DNA of 64,000 nucleotides, taken from Azolla caroliniana. Its lineage: Eukaryota; Plantae; Polypodiophyta. The stretch is taken from assembly GCA_043228905.1 (NCBI GenBank), contig JBHGNT010000016.1, forward strand, positions 17,112,001 through 17,176,000. Direction: 5' to 3'. Position numbers and translations under genes: made by a program. The notes beneath the pieces were generated by a model, which searched no databases, had not been told where the DNA came from, and was given only the letters and a program-made list of their open reading frames with translations. Shown here in pieces: positions 1 through 11,191 of this stretch (its first letter is position 1; every line of letters starts with the position of its first letter).

Positions 1-160
1 TTGAGTATGTGGATGTCAACAACACACGACCTTATTTTAATCGTTGCTTCTCGCACAGACCATAGGGCTTTCCAAAGCATATCTTTATACTCAATTCCAT
101 TACCAATAGAGAGCGCAACAATAAAAACAATTTCGCTTCTTCTTCCCCTCTCCACTCTTG

Positions 161-162
<2 letters not shown>

Positions 163-196
<34 letters not shown>
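163..196. repeat. (CT)n microsatellite
   Basis: Perfect CT dinucleotide run. Confidence 0.95.
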
Positions 197-200
<4 letters not shown>

Positions 201-379
201 CTAAAACAAGTTTTCATTATGCTCTAGATAGATAGATTATCTTATCGACTTTGGAGGTCAAATATGACGTATGAGACCAAAAATATTACTTTTCACATAA
301 TATATGTTAAAGTGACTAGCGTCTATTGATGTTCAAGAACTTTACCAATGAATGTTGCAATTGAGAGTGCACATTGTGG

Positions 380-1040
380 TTGTGAGAGAAATTCATGCAA
401 GGATTGGCTTGGTCGAAGATGTGTGGAAAGCATGGTTGAATATGATCAAAGGCAAAGCATTGTATCAAAGTGTGATACCCAGACTCTCAAACTTGTTTAG
501 GGCAAAGTGTGCATAGACGACTACTCTCATCGCTTGTGCCCCAACCCCCCGTCTCACAATGCAATGCATGTGAGCTAAGTCGCATGGAGCAATGGTTCGA
601 ATGTTAGATAATGAGATGGGCTCTAACATCTATCAATGTGTACGGTTTTCCCGTTCCGTGAAGAATATGGTTTTGTAGTTAGGTGCAACATGTGTAGTAT
701 AATGCATGAAGCGTATGCCTCCACATTTGTCCCATGTCCTGATACATTGGCGATGCAAAAAGGACTCATTTACAGAGGAATATAGTGATGTATCATGAAG
801 CAAGTGTGTTGTATCCCATCTACCAAACCATTTTATCATATCTTGCATCCAACTGGAACACAAAATTTTGCTTTAATGCGTCTTTTGGATCTTTTTGCTT
901 GCATCCCATGCAATTCTAGGAAGTCAATGTGAGGGACTTTTTTGAACCTTAAACATGTATCTAACAACCCTTTCCATGGCCATGATCTCAATGGGAAGCA
1001 ATCCCGTCTCAAGGAGGGTGTAGGGCATTTGTTTCTTAAC
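380..1040 (-). pseudogene. Degenerate 3' part of a non-LTR retrotransposon ORF2 (post-RT region), boundaries approximate
   Basis: Minus-strand translation gives LLETGLLPIEIMAMERVVRYMFKV...LPRIAW...KILCSSWMQDMIKWFGRW, which resembles LINE C-terminal regions. Many stops; no catalytic motif seen. Confidence 0.4.
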
Positions 1041-1043
1041 TTC

Positions 1044-1044
<1 letters not shown>

Positions 1045-1085
<41 letters not shown>
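1045..1085. repeat. (AG)n microsatellite at the 5' side of the LINE
   Basis: Perfect AG run. Confidence 0.95.
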
Positions 1086-1088
<3 letters not shown>

Positions 1089-1359
1089 TGAGATTGAATG
1101 AGGGGTTTAAGAAAAATCCTTGGCAGAAACAAGTGCGAAATCAATGATTATCCAACCAATTAAATTGTGATTCTTCAGGAAGGGTGGTATGACCTCAATT
1201 AAATGAAGGACTTCATTCTCGTGGAGCTAGACAACAAAACCCTAATATTGTTGGAGGGGATGTATCACACACGAATCCTTATGCAGCTCTTGAACAAGTA
1301 GTTAGTATATTCATGAATACACTTGCTCAAAAAGAGCAAGTTCTTACTAAAGGTGTTAA

Positions 1360-4300
1360 ATGAAAGTGGTATCATGGAATGTGCAAGGGGCATCTTCTCC
1401 TCATAAGAAATATATATTATGGAAAACTTTATTTGATAAAGAATGGGATGTTATGTGCAGTTGAACATAAGTGTCATGATTTAGCAGGATCTGTGTTACA
1501 TTTACGTGGATATTCCGCATATTATGTAGGATAGTTATCATATCATTACTCAGGGGTTGTCATGATTATTTGTTATTTGTTTTGTCCACATATAGTCTAA
1601 AATGATCCATATGGACGTTTTTTGGTGATGGAAGTCAAGTATTTTGAGGATTTGATATGGTTGGTAGGAATCTATGCACCCAATAATGTCAATCAACGCA
1701 TTGAGTTATGGTCTTCAATGTATCCACGGTTATTAGTGGGCCGTGTTGGTTTGTTAATGGGTGATTTTAATATGTGTGTTGATGCTTCACAATCTACTTC
1801 ATGATTCTCATTGATGGAGTCTCCTGAGCAAGCCATTTGGGACAAATTGGCATTAGAGGTTTTGAAGTTGGATGTATTGAAATGGTTGCATCAAGATGAG
1901 GTTGGGTTTACATTTCAGTCTATGCAATATAAGGAAACATGGAGTATGTTAGATAGAATGTATGTTATGTATGACAAGTCTTTTTTGCTAGAGATGCTTA
2001 ATATGTCAATTATGCAAGAGGTTGTGACATCAGATCATTTTCCCATATGTTTTGAGTTCAATAAACATGGGGTAGATATGTACAAAACATTGCTTGATTG
2101 AGTTCCTTTGAGGTTTAATTCTTCTTTATTATTACATTCCTGATTTGATGTCTATATGCAACAAATTTTTGGCATGCTTTCAGAACAAGTTATTTCAAAA
2201 GGAAGGCATGCATGGGATACAACACTACAAAACATCAATGATATTCACCGTCTGTATGGTATGGCTAATGCTAAAAGACGTAAGAAATTGATTAATAAGT
2301 TTTCATATATTCTTACGCGATGCAATGTACTATTGATGAACAATCCGCATGATGAAGAGCTTTTGGATGTTCAAGTTCAAGTACAAGACATTGTGAAGAA
2401 TTTGTCTTGTCAAAGTTATCAATAGACAAGAATACGTCAATTAAAGGAGGGATTTATAAATAATCAATCACAATCTCATATGTTTTTTCAAGGATTAAGA
2501 CCACCATATGCTCGTTCAAATGTGGTACAAATTCAGATAGGGGATGACATTGTTGTAGACCCAATCAAGGTTATTGAGTTATGTATTACTCATTTTAAGA
2601 ATTTGATTGGGCCAGAGTTGATTATTAATGAGGATGTGTTGAAAGCACAATAAGAGTTTTATAATGTAATTGGGAGTGTCGTGAATATAAATATTTGTCA
2701 AGAATTGGATGCCAAATTTGAAAAAGCTGAGGTGGAAAAGGTATTGTTACACCTTCCAAATGGTAAAAGCCCTAGTTGGGATGGGGTTGGGATGGTGTTA
2801 CAAATGAAGTTTTTAAGAAGTATGTTGGCATGCTTAATGTTTCAACAATGTTGGGATTCTGGTTTCATGCTTGAGAGTTGGAAGGTGGGCTTAATCAAAT
2901 TGATACTAAAGGTACCATCTCCAGAGTCATTTCATCAATGGATGCCTATTTCATTGATGGGAGGGTTATACAAAGTGTTTGCAAAGATATTATCCAACAG
3001 ACTTCAGAAGTTCTTACCTCAACTTATTCATTCATCTCAATATGGTTTTATTACAGGTAGAAATATATTGCATAATGTTTTGAATGTTCAAATGGCTACC
3101 GGTTATGCTCGACATACACATCAAGAAATGGTTATGGTGTAATTAGATTTCGAAAAAACATATGATCATGTTAATTGGTCTTTCCTTTTAGGTGTGATGT
3201 ATAATATGGTGTTTGGTCCTCGTATGTGTCGACTTATCTTTTTTTTAGGGCAAAATGCGACCTCGCTTGTGATGCTTAATGGCGGAGTTACTCTGAAAGT
3301 GTTTCTTACTAGATCCGTGTGCTAAGGATGTCCACTAAGCCCATTGTTATTTGCCATTGTTACACATCCTTTGTTAGTAATGTTGTCAAACCTTGCGGCT
3401 AATGGTGATATTGTGGGTTTGCATCTTCCTTCTGGTGGACAATTGGTGGCACGAGCATTGGCTGATGATTCTTTTATGTTTTTACAAGCCTCAAAAGAAA
3501 ATCTTGAAAGGAGTATGCAAGTTTGGGATCAATTTTCTTTGGCTTCAAGGTTGTATATAAATTGGAGAAGTCTCACCTTATTTCTTGTACGGAGAGTGAT
3601 TTGGAATGTTTGGGATGGCGAGGGTTAGTGATTACATGAGGATCAATTTATCGACATCTAGGTTATCCATTGGGTGTTGATGTTACAAATGTTCAATTGA
3701 TTGATTGGATTGGTAGTAAATTGAAGGACAAATTTATGTTTTGGAAGTCTCAATTATGGCCCTTTCATGTATGACTCAAAGTGGTGCAATGTATCTTGAT
3801 ACCCATGTTATTATATTTTTTGCCTTTACTACCTTGGACTAAGAAGGCATTACAAAACATTTTACAACCTATTCGGTTCATGTTGTGGCGAAAGGGAGAA
3901 ATGATGGGAGTTGCATGGATTTCATGGGACCATTTGGCTACTCCTAAAAGGTTAGGTGGTGCAACAATATTGGATTTGGAAAGGCCTTTGATGGCTCGTA
4001 GATTTGCATAACTACGAGATATATGTCAACAAGATCAACCATGGATATCTATGATGCAATATTTTATTGAGCATGAAGGATTGGTGCACGGGAAAACAAA
4101 GATTCAAGCATCCTGGTGGTCATTACTCAATGGAAGTATTCCTCTAAAGATTTGACATTCTATATGTGGACAACATTTGGTAAGATCATGGCAAGATGCG
4201 TTATCTCTTTTTGGATGGGGACCATCAAGTGATCGAGAATATTGTAATTCATTACAAAATGAATTGCTTGTTTCTTCTCGAGTGTTGTTTTGGCATGGGA

Positions 4301-5154
4301 AAGAAGTTGAGATCCTAATTCAATCATTTATTTCGATTGGCTATTGTACATTTAGAAGATGTGGTTGATAATGAATCTCAAAGGTTGTTGGATTTTGAAG
4401 ATGCCAAGCGATGGTTATGTATTCCCCCAAATTATGGATTTATTTGGGAGAAATTACAAGATATACCATTGTTGCAAGGATCTTTGCCATTGAAAAGAAA
4501 ATTTGCACCTCGGGTGGATTGGCAGTTACAAGATGGTACACGCTTGTTACAGGTTACTACAAATACATGGTATCATTATGCAATGACATCATTATCTTGG
4601 TTATGTCCTAAAGCAGTGAAGTTATGGAATGTATGTAAGTCAAATGCAAGGTGGTGGAAAATATTACAACATAGTTTGCATTCCCATCTACCATTTCGTG
4701 CAAAGGTATTCATATGGAGAGTCATGATCATGATTGGTGAGCTCCCATTAGGTTCGGCCTTAAAGAGACGAGGACTAGGGTCCGACACTTGTTTCTTTTG
4801 CACCATTCCATTAGAGGATAATACACATAGGTTCATTAAATGTCCTATAGTGTGTACCATTTCGAAGTACTTATCGGACATTTGGCAAGTTTTAACCCGT
4901 TGTTGTTTAGACCTCAACAATGGGTTTTTTCTCAATATGTTCAAAATGGTTCAAATGATGAGATGGAGATATTGTTCCAATTTTTATGCTATTGGGGTCT
5001 ACAACACAATTGGAATATGTGTAATGTTTTCATGTTTGATAATAGACATGGGGTGAAAGCCTATATAAAGAAGCTTAAAGGTATTCTCATGTGGAATTTT
5101 TGGATGTTAGAGCATGTGGGGATCATTTCCTCAAATGCATATTCAGGTTTTTAA
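1360..5154 (+). pseudogene. LINE ORF2 (APE endonuclease - reverse transcriptase - zf-RVT), with multiple stops and frameshifts
   Basis: APE motifs MKVVSWNVQG, IYAPN, MGDFNM, SDHFPI. RT motifs GKSP.WDG, YKVFAKILSNRL...QYGF..GRNI, LDFEKTYDHVNW, GCPLSPLLF, LADD. zf-RVT motif CFFC...EDNTHRFIKC. Confidence 0.9.
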
Positions 5155-5524
5155 TAGCATTACAAAACGTCCCTCTCGCTACATAGGCATATGATAGGAA
5201 GAGGAGACTAAGAAGTGTTGTAACTAAGTGGATTTTACATACAATTAATATTGTGGTGTCCCTTGGATGCAAGTGCATGCCTTCATGTTGGGTGTGCATG
5301 TGTTCCTTTGTGCCCCTTTTAGCATACCCTTGTTTAGCATGCATGCCTTCATGCTATAGTGTACATGTGTTCCATTGAGCCACCCTTTTAGCATACCCTT
5401 GTTAGGACGCATGTAGTTAAGTAAAGCCAACCCAAATGGGTACCTTTGTATGACTATAAATTGAATAGGAAGTAAGAAGCTAAGCAAGCTGGTTTGGATT
5501 CCATTTATGTGCATTTCACATAAT

Positions 5525-5542
5525 TGGTGGAGAAGCGGGGTA
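5525..5542 (+). promoter_or_regulatory. Primer binding site complementary to tRNA-Ala 3' end
   Basis: TGGTGGAGAAGCGGGGTA versus the recalled complement of plant tRNA-Ala+CCA (TGGTGGAGATGCGGGGTA): 1 mismatch, 4 nt after the LTR. Confidence 0.75.
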
Positions 5543-5613
5543 AAATTTTAGCCACTATCACCTCGTTCATGACGTCTTAATTCCCTCCCGTCGCCATCAA
5601 AGTCGATACCCCT

Positions 5614-8600
5614 ATGCAATCTGAGTTCCCGCAACCTCCTGAGCAGGCACCCCCCTTCCAAATGGAGCAACTCCTGCAAGTCCTCTCCAACACCATGCTT
5701 CAAATCAGCCACACGAACCAAGCTATGCTCTCCTTCCTCTCCACTACCAACGATCGGTCTCCGGATCGGCCAGATTCCAAAGGTTCGCCCAAAGTCCTTC
5801 TCCGGCTTGCCCTCTGAGGACGTCTTAGCATGGTTGGATCACTTTGAGATGATCTCAAGTTACCACAAATGGTTTGACGAGCGCAAGGCTTTGGAAGTTT
5901 GCACCTTGCTCGAAAATGTCGTCGCCACTTGGTACGTACAACAAGCCAGCGAAGTCACGGAGAACTAGGTGATCCTCCGGGATCTCCTCGTGCAAAACTT
6001 CGCCCATCAAAATTCGGCCCAAACGGCATTGCAACAACTCGAGACGTTGCAACAGCAAGCGCACGAACCAGTAGGCCAATTTGGTGTTCGCCTAAATCAG
6101 CTCCTTGTCTGTGCCGATCCAACCATGCCCGAGCATGTCAAGCTTTTCTTCTTATGGCGCTGTCTACGACCTGACATCACTCGTCGTGCCCGGGACCAAG
6201 GTCCCAAGACCTTCAACGATGCGATCCTCATTGCCCAACGCATCGAATCTTGTACGCTATCTAACTCCCAACCACGATGGCCCCCTCCACCATCGACCGA
6301 CTTGCGCGCACAATACCAAGGAGTGACCCCCATGGACATTGACGTCCAAAACATGCAGATGCAGACTCGCTGAAACCTTCTTAATCGCGATGCCCAAGGA
6401 TGCCCGAAGTGTTTCTACTGCCATAATTATGGATACGTCCGACGTTATTGCCAGAAATTGCAACAACAATCTCACAAGCAACAAGCCCAGATAACCATGG
6501 CTGACGCAACATCGTTGGCTGAGCTTCCAGGAAACTAACTTCTGGGGTATTGATGGAAGAGCCAGCCCCCCACGTCCAAGCGTCCGCCTCTTCTAGTTCA
6601 CAGGTATGCACCACTCTCGCCACCATTAATCACTCCACACACACCATCCTATTAGACTCTAGTAGTAGTATCTCTTCAATTAGCACCACCTTAGTTCACC
6701 AATTAGGCCTCCCCACAACCACCACTCCTTCCATCCAAGTCCTTTTTGGCGATCACCAACATCTATACCACTCTCGCACACAAGCCCACTGCATCGTTAC
6801 CTTAGGCACTCTCACATTCTCACACCATTTTTATGTCTTGCCCCACCAACTCTTCCCCCTCACCTTAGGTTGCGATTGGCTCCTCAAGCGTCGCGCTATG
6901 ATTGATTTCGATGCTCACAAACTGATTGTCCCACAAGCTCCACCTATCCCCCTCCTACACGATAGCCCCATGTCCCCCACCTCAGCCAAGTCCAGGTGGC
7001 CCTCAGTCCCAAGGAGCGGTTAATCTCCGTCCGCCAATTGTTAGCTCATTTTCCGTCACTAGCCCCCCAACCCACGCATGCCGTTACTGTCTCTTTCCCA
7101 GTACAACATGTCATTCGTACCGGGGACGCCACTCCCATTCGCATGGCTACACGTCGACGTTCCCCCCTTGACCACGATCACATCGATGCTGCCGTCACCG
7201 ATATGCTCACCAAAGGTATTATCATTCCTTCCACCAGCGATTGGGTTTCGGAACCCCACCTCGTCAAGAAGGATGATGGCACCTTCCGCTTCTGCATCGA
7301 CTTTAGGCCTCTCAACAAAGTGACGATCCATAACCACTACCCGCTCCCTCGCATGGATGACCTCGTGGAATAGCTCGGGGGCTCCCGTTATTTCACCTCC
7401 CTTGACTTGGCCTCGAGATATTGGTAGATCCCCTTAAAGCCGTTTGACGCCCACAAGACCGCATTCCGCACACGACGCGGGTTGTTCTAGTTCACCCGCA
7501 TGTTGTTTGGCCTATCTGATGCCGGCAGTACATTCCAACGCATGGCAAAATCCATCTTTGCCGACCTTATCAGTAAAGGCGTCCTCCTCGTTTATCTCGA
7601 TGACATCCTTATCCACACTGCCACTTGGGAGGATCATCTACAAACTCTCGTTGAATTCCTCGCTTGCATAACTAAGCATAACTTGCAACTCCAATGGAAG
7701 AAGTGTCGATGGGGAAGCCCCAGCCTCCATTTTCTCAACTTCATCATCTCTGGTGATGGAATCCATATGGACCCTGCAAAAATAGCTTCCATCATCGACT
7801 ACCCTCGCCCCACCTCAATAAAAACATTGCAACGTTTTTTTGGGCATGATCACCTTTTCCCTTCACTTCATCCCGAACCTTGCCTTTGTCACTTTCCCCC
7901 TCCGTCATCTCCTGAAGAAAGGTGCGTCATTCGTTTGGAATCCTGCTTGCTAAGACAACTTTCGTCGCCTCAAAACAATGGTCCAGGAATCAGGGTTGCT
8001 CGCCCATCCTAACTTTGATCAGTCGTTTACGTTGCAGACAAATGCCTCTAACCATGGGTTAGGAGTAGTTCTCCTGCAAAATGATTGCCACGAGCAAGAG
8101 AAGGAATCGCCTTCATAGCCGAACTCTCACGCCGGCTGAACGGAACTACTCAACCACTGAGAAGGAACTACTTGCGATCGTCTAGTCTTTCCAGCGTCTT
8201 CACCCATACCTTCATGGTAGGTAGGTTATGGTTGAGACTGACCACTAGCCCTTACTTTCTCTTATTCATCACCCTCACCCCCCGGGCCGCTTGTTGCGAT
8301 GGACGTTGGCACTTCAAGATTATCGGTTTACCCTCTCCTATCAAAAAGGTGTAACCAATTTGGTCACCGATAGTCTCTCTCACACCGATTTCCAAGCTGT
8401 CCAATTTTTACCCGCGACGTTTGACCTTGCACTTCCACTACCACAACTCGCTACACTTCAGCAACACGACCCTGCCATCCGAGAGATAACCCATCAGTTG
8501 TGCTCCCTCCAACCATTTCCCTCACAACGACGGTTCATGCTCCGCGATAACTTGGTGTTCTTCATTCAGGCGCATCACGAGCCGCGTCTCTACATCCCTC

Positions 8601-9660
8601 ATGCCCTACAACAGACGTATCTCCAATTTTATCACGACCACCCATTGTCGGGTCATCTGGGTTTCCACAAGGTTCTTGAAAAATTACGTCTCAAGTATTA
8701 TTGGCCCAACATGCGACACTCTGTCTCTACCTACATCAACCAATATGCTTTGTGTCAACACATCAAACCTGCAAGCAAGCCCGCCAGAACGCTCCAACCC
8801 ATCACTGTCACATCGCCTTTCGAGCTCGTCGGATGGGATTTCATGGGACCTTTTCCCGAAACCCCCAATGGCAACAAGTATATCCTGGTCATAACAGAAT
8901 ACCTCACCAAATGGGCTAAAACTGTTGCCATCCCTAGCGTCACTACGCCAACAATCGCATCCCAACTTTTGCACAAGGTAATTTTCTAGCATGGTTGCCC
9001 TGTCCAACTCTTATCTTATCAGGGCCGCCAGTTCCATGGGGACGTCCTCAACATAGTTGCAACGCAACTAGGTGTCCAACAGGTGTTTACATCCTTGTAC
9101 CATCCGCAAACAAGACCCTCAAGCAGGAGATTGCCGTTTACATCGATCCATGCCACAAAACCTAGGATCAAATCTTGCCTTTCGTCACCCACGCCTACAA
9201 TACATCCGTTCAGGCGTCAACACGGATCAGCCCTTTTCGAGCACTCTATGGGCGTGACCCTCGGCTCCCATCAGAATCGTCCATTGACGTCCATTCCAAA
9301 CCTACCAACATGGATGGTGCCACTTGGGGGCTCTATATCCAACAACTGCTACCTCTCCTTCGACAAGCAAGCTCTCGAAACCTACAAGTCGCACAACAAC
9401 GCCAAAAGCGACACTACAATGTGGGTCGAATTACCCCGACTTATGATGATGGAACCAAAGTCTTTGTTTACTTCCCGGTCTGGCGGCGCGGTCTCAGCGA
9501 ATCACTCATGCACCGATGGATCGGCCCATTCACCGTGATTCGTGCAATCAAATCCACGACTTACTTGCTCTGATGCGATTCCAATGGTCGATTCACCTCC
9601 GCCCATGTTGCCCGCATCAAGCCCTATGCTACCCCAAGCCCATCTTCTAACGCTCGTCCT
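5614..9660 (+). pseudogene. Gypsy gag-pol, disrupted
   Basis: Zinc knuckle CFYCHNYGYVRRYC; protease ILLDSS; [19 protein letters not shown] and VYLDD; integrase HDHPLSGHLG, WDFMGPF and C-terminal GPF. No chromodomain seen. Confidence 0.9.
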
Positions 9661-10010
9661 TTCCCCATGTCGTAAAACTCCTTGTTTCTCTCAGGGGGGA
9701 AATGTGTTGCCCCTTGGATGCAAGTGCATGCCTTCATGTTGGGTGTGCATGTGTTCCTTTGTGCCCCTTTTAGCATACCCTTGTTTAGCATGCATGCCTT
9801 CATGTTATGGTGTACATGTGTTCTGTTGAGCCACCTTTTAGCATACCCTTGTTAGGACGCATGTAGCTAAGTAAAGACAACCCAAATGGGTACCTTTGTA
9901 CGACTATAAATTGAATAGGAAGTAAGAAGCTAAGCAAGCTAGTTTGGATTCCATTTATGTGCATTTCACAATATAATTGTGTGCTTTTACCAAAAAAAAA
10001 TAAAAGAAAT

Positions 10011-10013
<3 letters not shown>

Positions 10014-10060
<47 letters not shown>
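10014..10060. repeat. (AG)n microsatellite directly after the LINE A-tail
   Basis: Perfect AG run. Confidence 0.95.
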
Positions 10061-10063
<3 letters not shown>

Positions 10064-10882
10064 TAATTTGTAAGAGAGCAAGATTGACATCTAAACCACT
10101 TCAAACACACTCAATAGCTATCAACCTCACCATGCTAACCGCTTTCCATAACATTGACATTGGACCATGATATGCCTATGCCAACTCTTTCTTTCTCTTG
10201 CTATCTAGAAAACATCGCACCTCAAAATGCGCTCATAGGATGCTCAAATAGATGTTATCTTGAGCCTACCAAGCTCTTCTTGAACAATAACCATGGGCCT
10301 TGTCATACGTAATGCCATATATGCTCTCTCTCTCTCTCTCTCTCTCCCTAGTATATGGCTTGGTGGATTACAATGTAGCATCAAATTGGTGGTTTACACA
10401 CTATGGCATCAAAAGTGATACAATTGAGAGAACCCTAGTTCAATCCTCACCATGGGCTAGGTGTAGTAGGCCCTATCTCACAACTCATAGTTAGTCTTTC
10501 ATGGATGTAAAAAATCTACCCACCTATCTATCTGTTCCTGTCTTCACACAAATCACAAATGATCTTTCGTGGACGTTACAAATAATTTTATCTAGATCTC
10601 TCCTTGACTTCAATGATCACAAATGGTCTTTCGTGGATGTTTAAAATCATTCTATCTATCTATCCTCCCTGCCTTCTTGGTCATAGCCCTTATTTAAGAG
10701 AGTTCTCATGTGTTTGTTTACTCCTTGTATAATAGAGTTCCCGTGTGTGTGGGGAAGGGCAATCCTCGAATTTTCGAAAATTTGAGGGCAGAGTACATAC
10801 AACAGGGGTACGTGTGGAATTGCTTCAAACGGAGAAAAATGATCAGAGTCGAACAAACGAAGGAAAGAAAGAGAAGGGAAGA

Positions 10883-10913
10883 ATTAGGGTTTTCTTGTCT
10901 TGGATTAGGGTTT
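10883..10913. promoter_or_regulatory. Two telo-box motifs (ATTAGGGTTT = AAACCCTAAT) near the 5' end of the U2AF65-like gene
   Basis: ATTAGGGTTT at 10883 and 10904. Telo-boxes are typical of plant RNA-processing and translation gene 5' regions. Confidence 0.5.
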
Positions 10914-11191
10914 CTATCGAGCGCAGACAGGTCTTCCAGATTTCGTCTATCCTTTCGACATCGTGTTCTCTGCTAAAGGTACGACCTATAAACCTACAGA
11001 ATGTTCATTTCAGGTTCTCCTTCGAAGAACTCCATTGAAGCTGGACAATGATCGGAAATGACAAAGAGGATTCTTGCGCAAGGACCAGAGGCTGGAATAG
11101 AGGATTCAAGAATCTTCAGAAGTTAGAGGTCAGCCATCTGTTTTCAGAGGAAGAAGAAGACGGAGAAGAAGAGAAGGTGCGTAAGAAGAAG

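Larger units (their letters stand above)
5252..9970 (+). mobile_element. Short (4.7 kb) Ty3/Gypsy LTR retrotransposon, decayed; LTRs 5252-5520 and 9703-9970; 4-bp TSD ATAT
   Basis: Two ~268-bp TG...CA direct repeats. PBS after the 5' LTR, PPT AGGGGGGAAA before the 3' LTR. Domain order gag-PR-RT-RH-INT. ATAT at 5248-5251 and 9971-9974. Confidence 0.92.
1086..10013 (+). mobile_element. 5'-truncated, decayed L1-type LINE whose 3' UTR is interrupted by a Gypsy element (5252-9970); A-rich tail at 9992-10013
   Basis: ORF2 remnants at 1360-5154. Sequence resumes after the Gypsy TSD and ends in AAAAAAAAATAAAAGAAATAAA. The 5' boundary is inferred. Confidence 0.7.
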
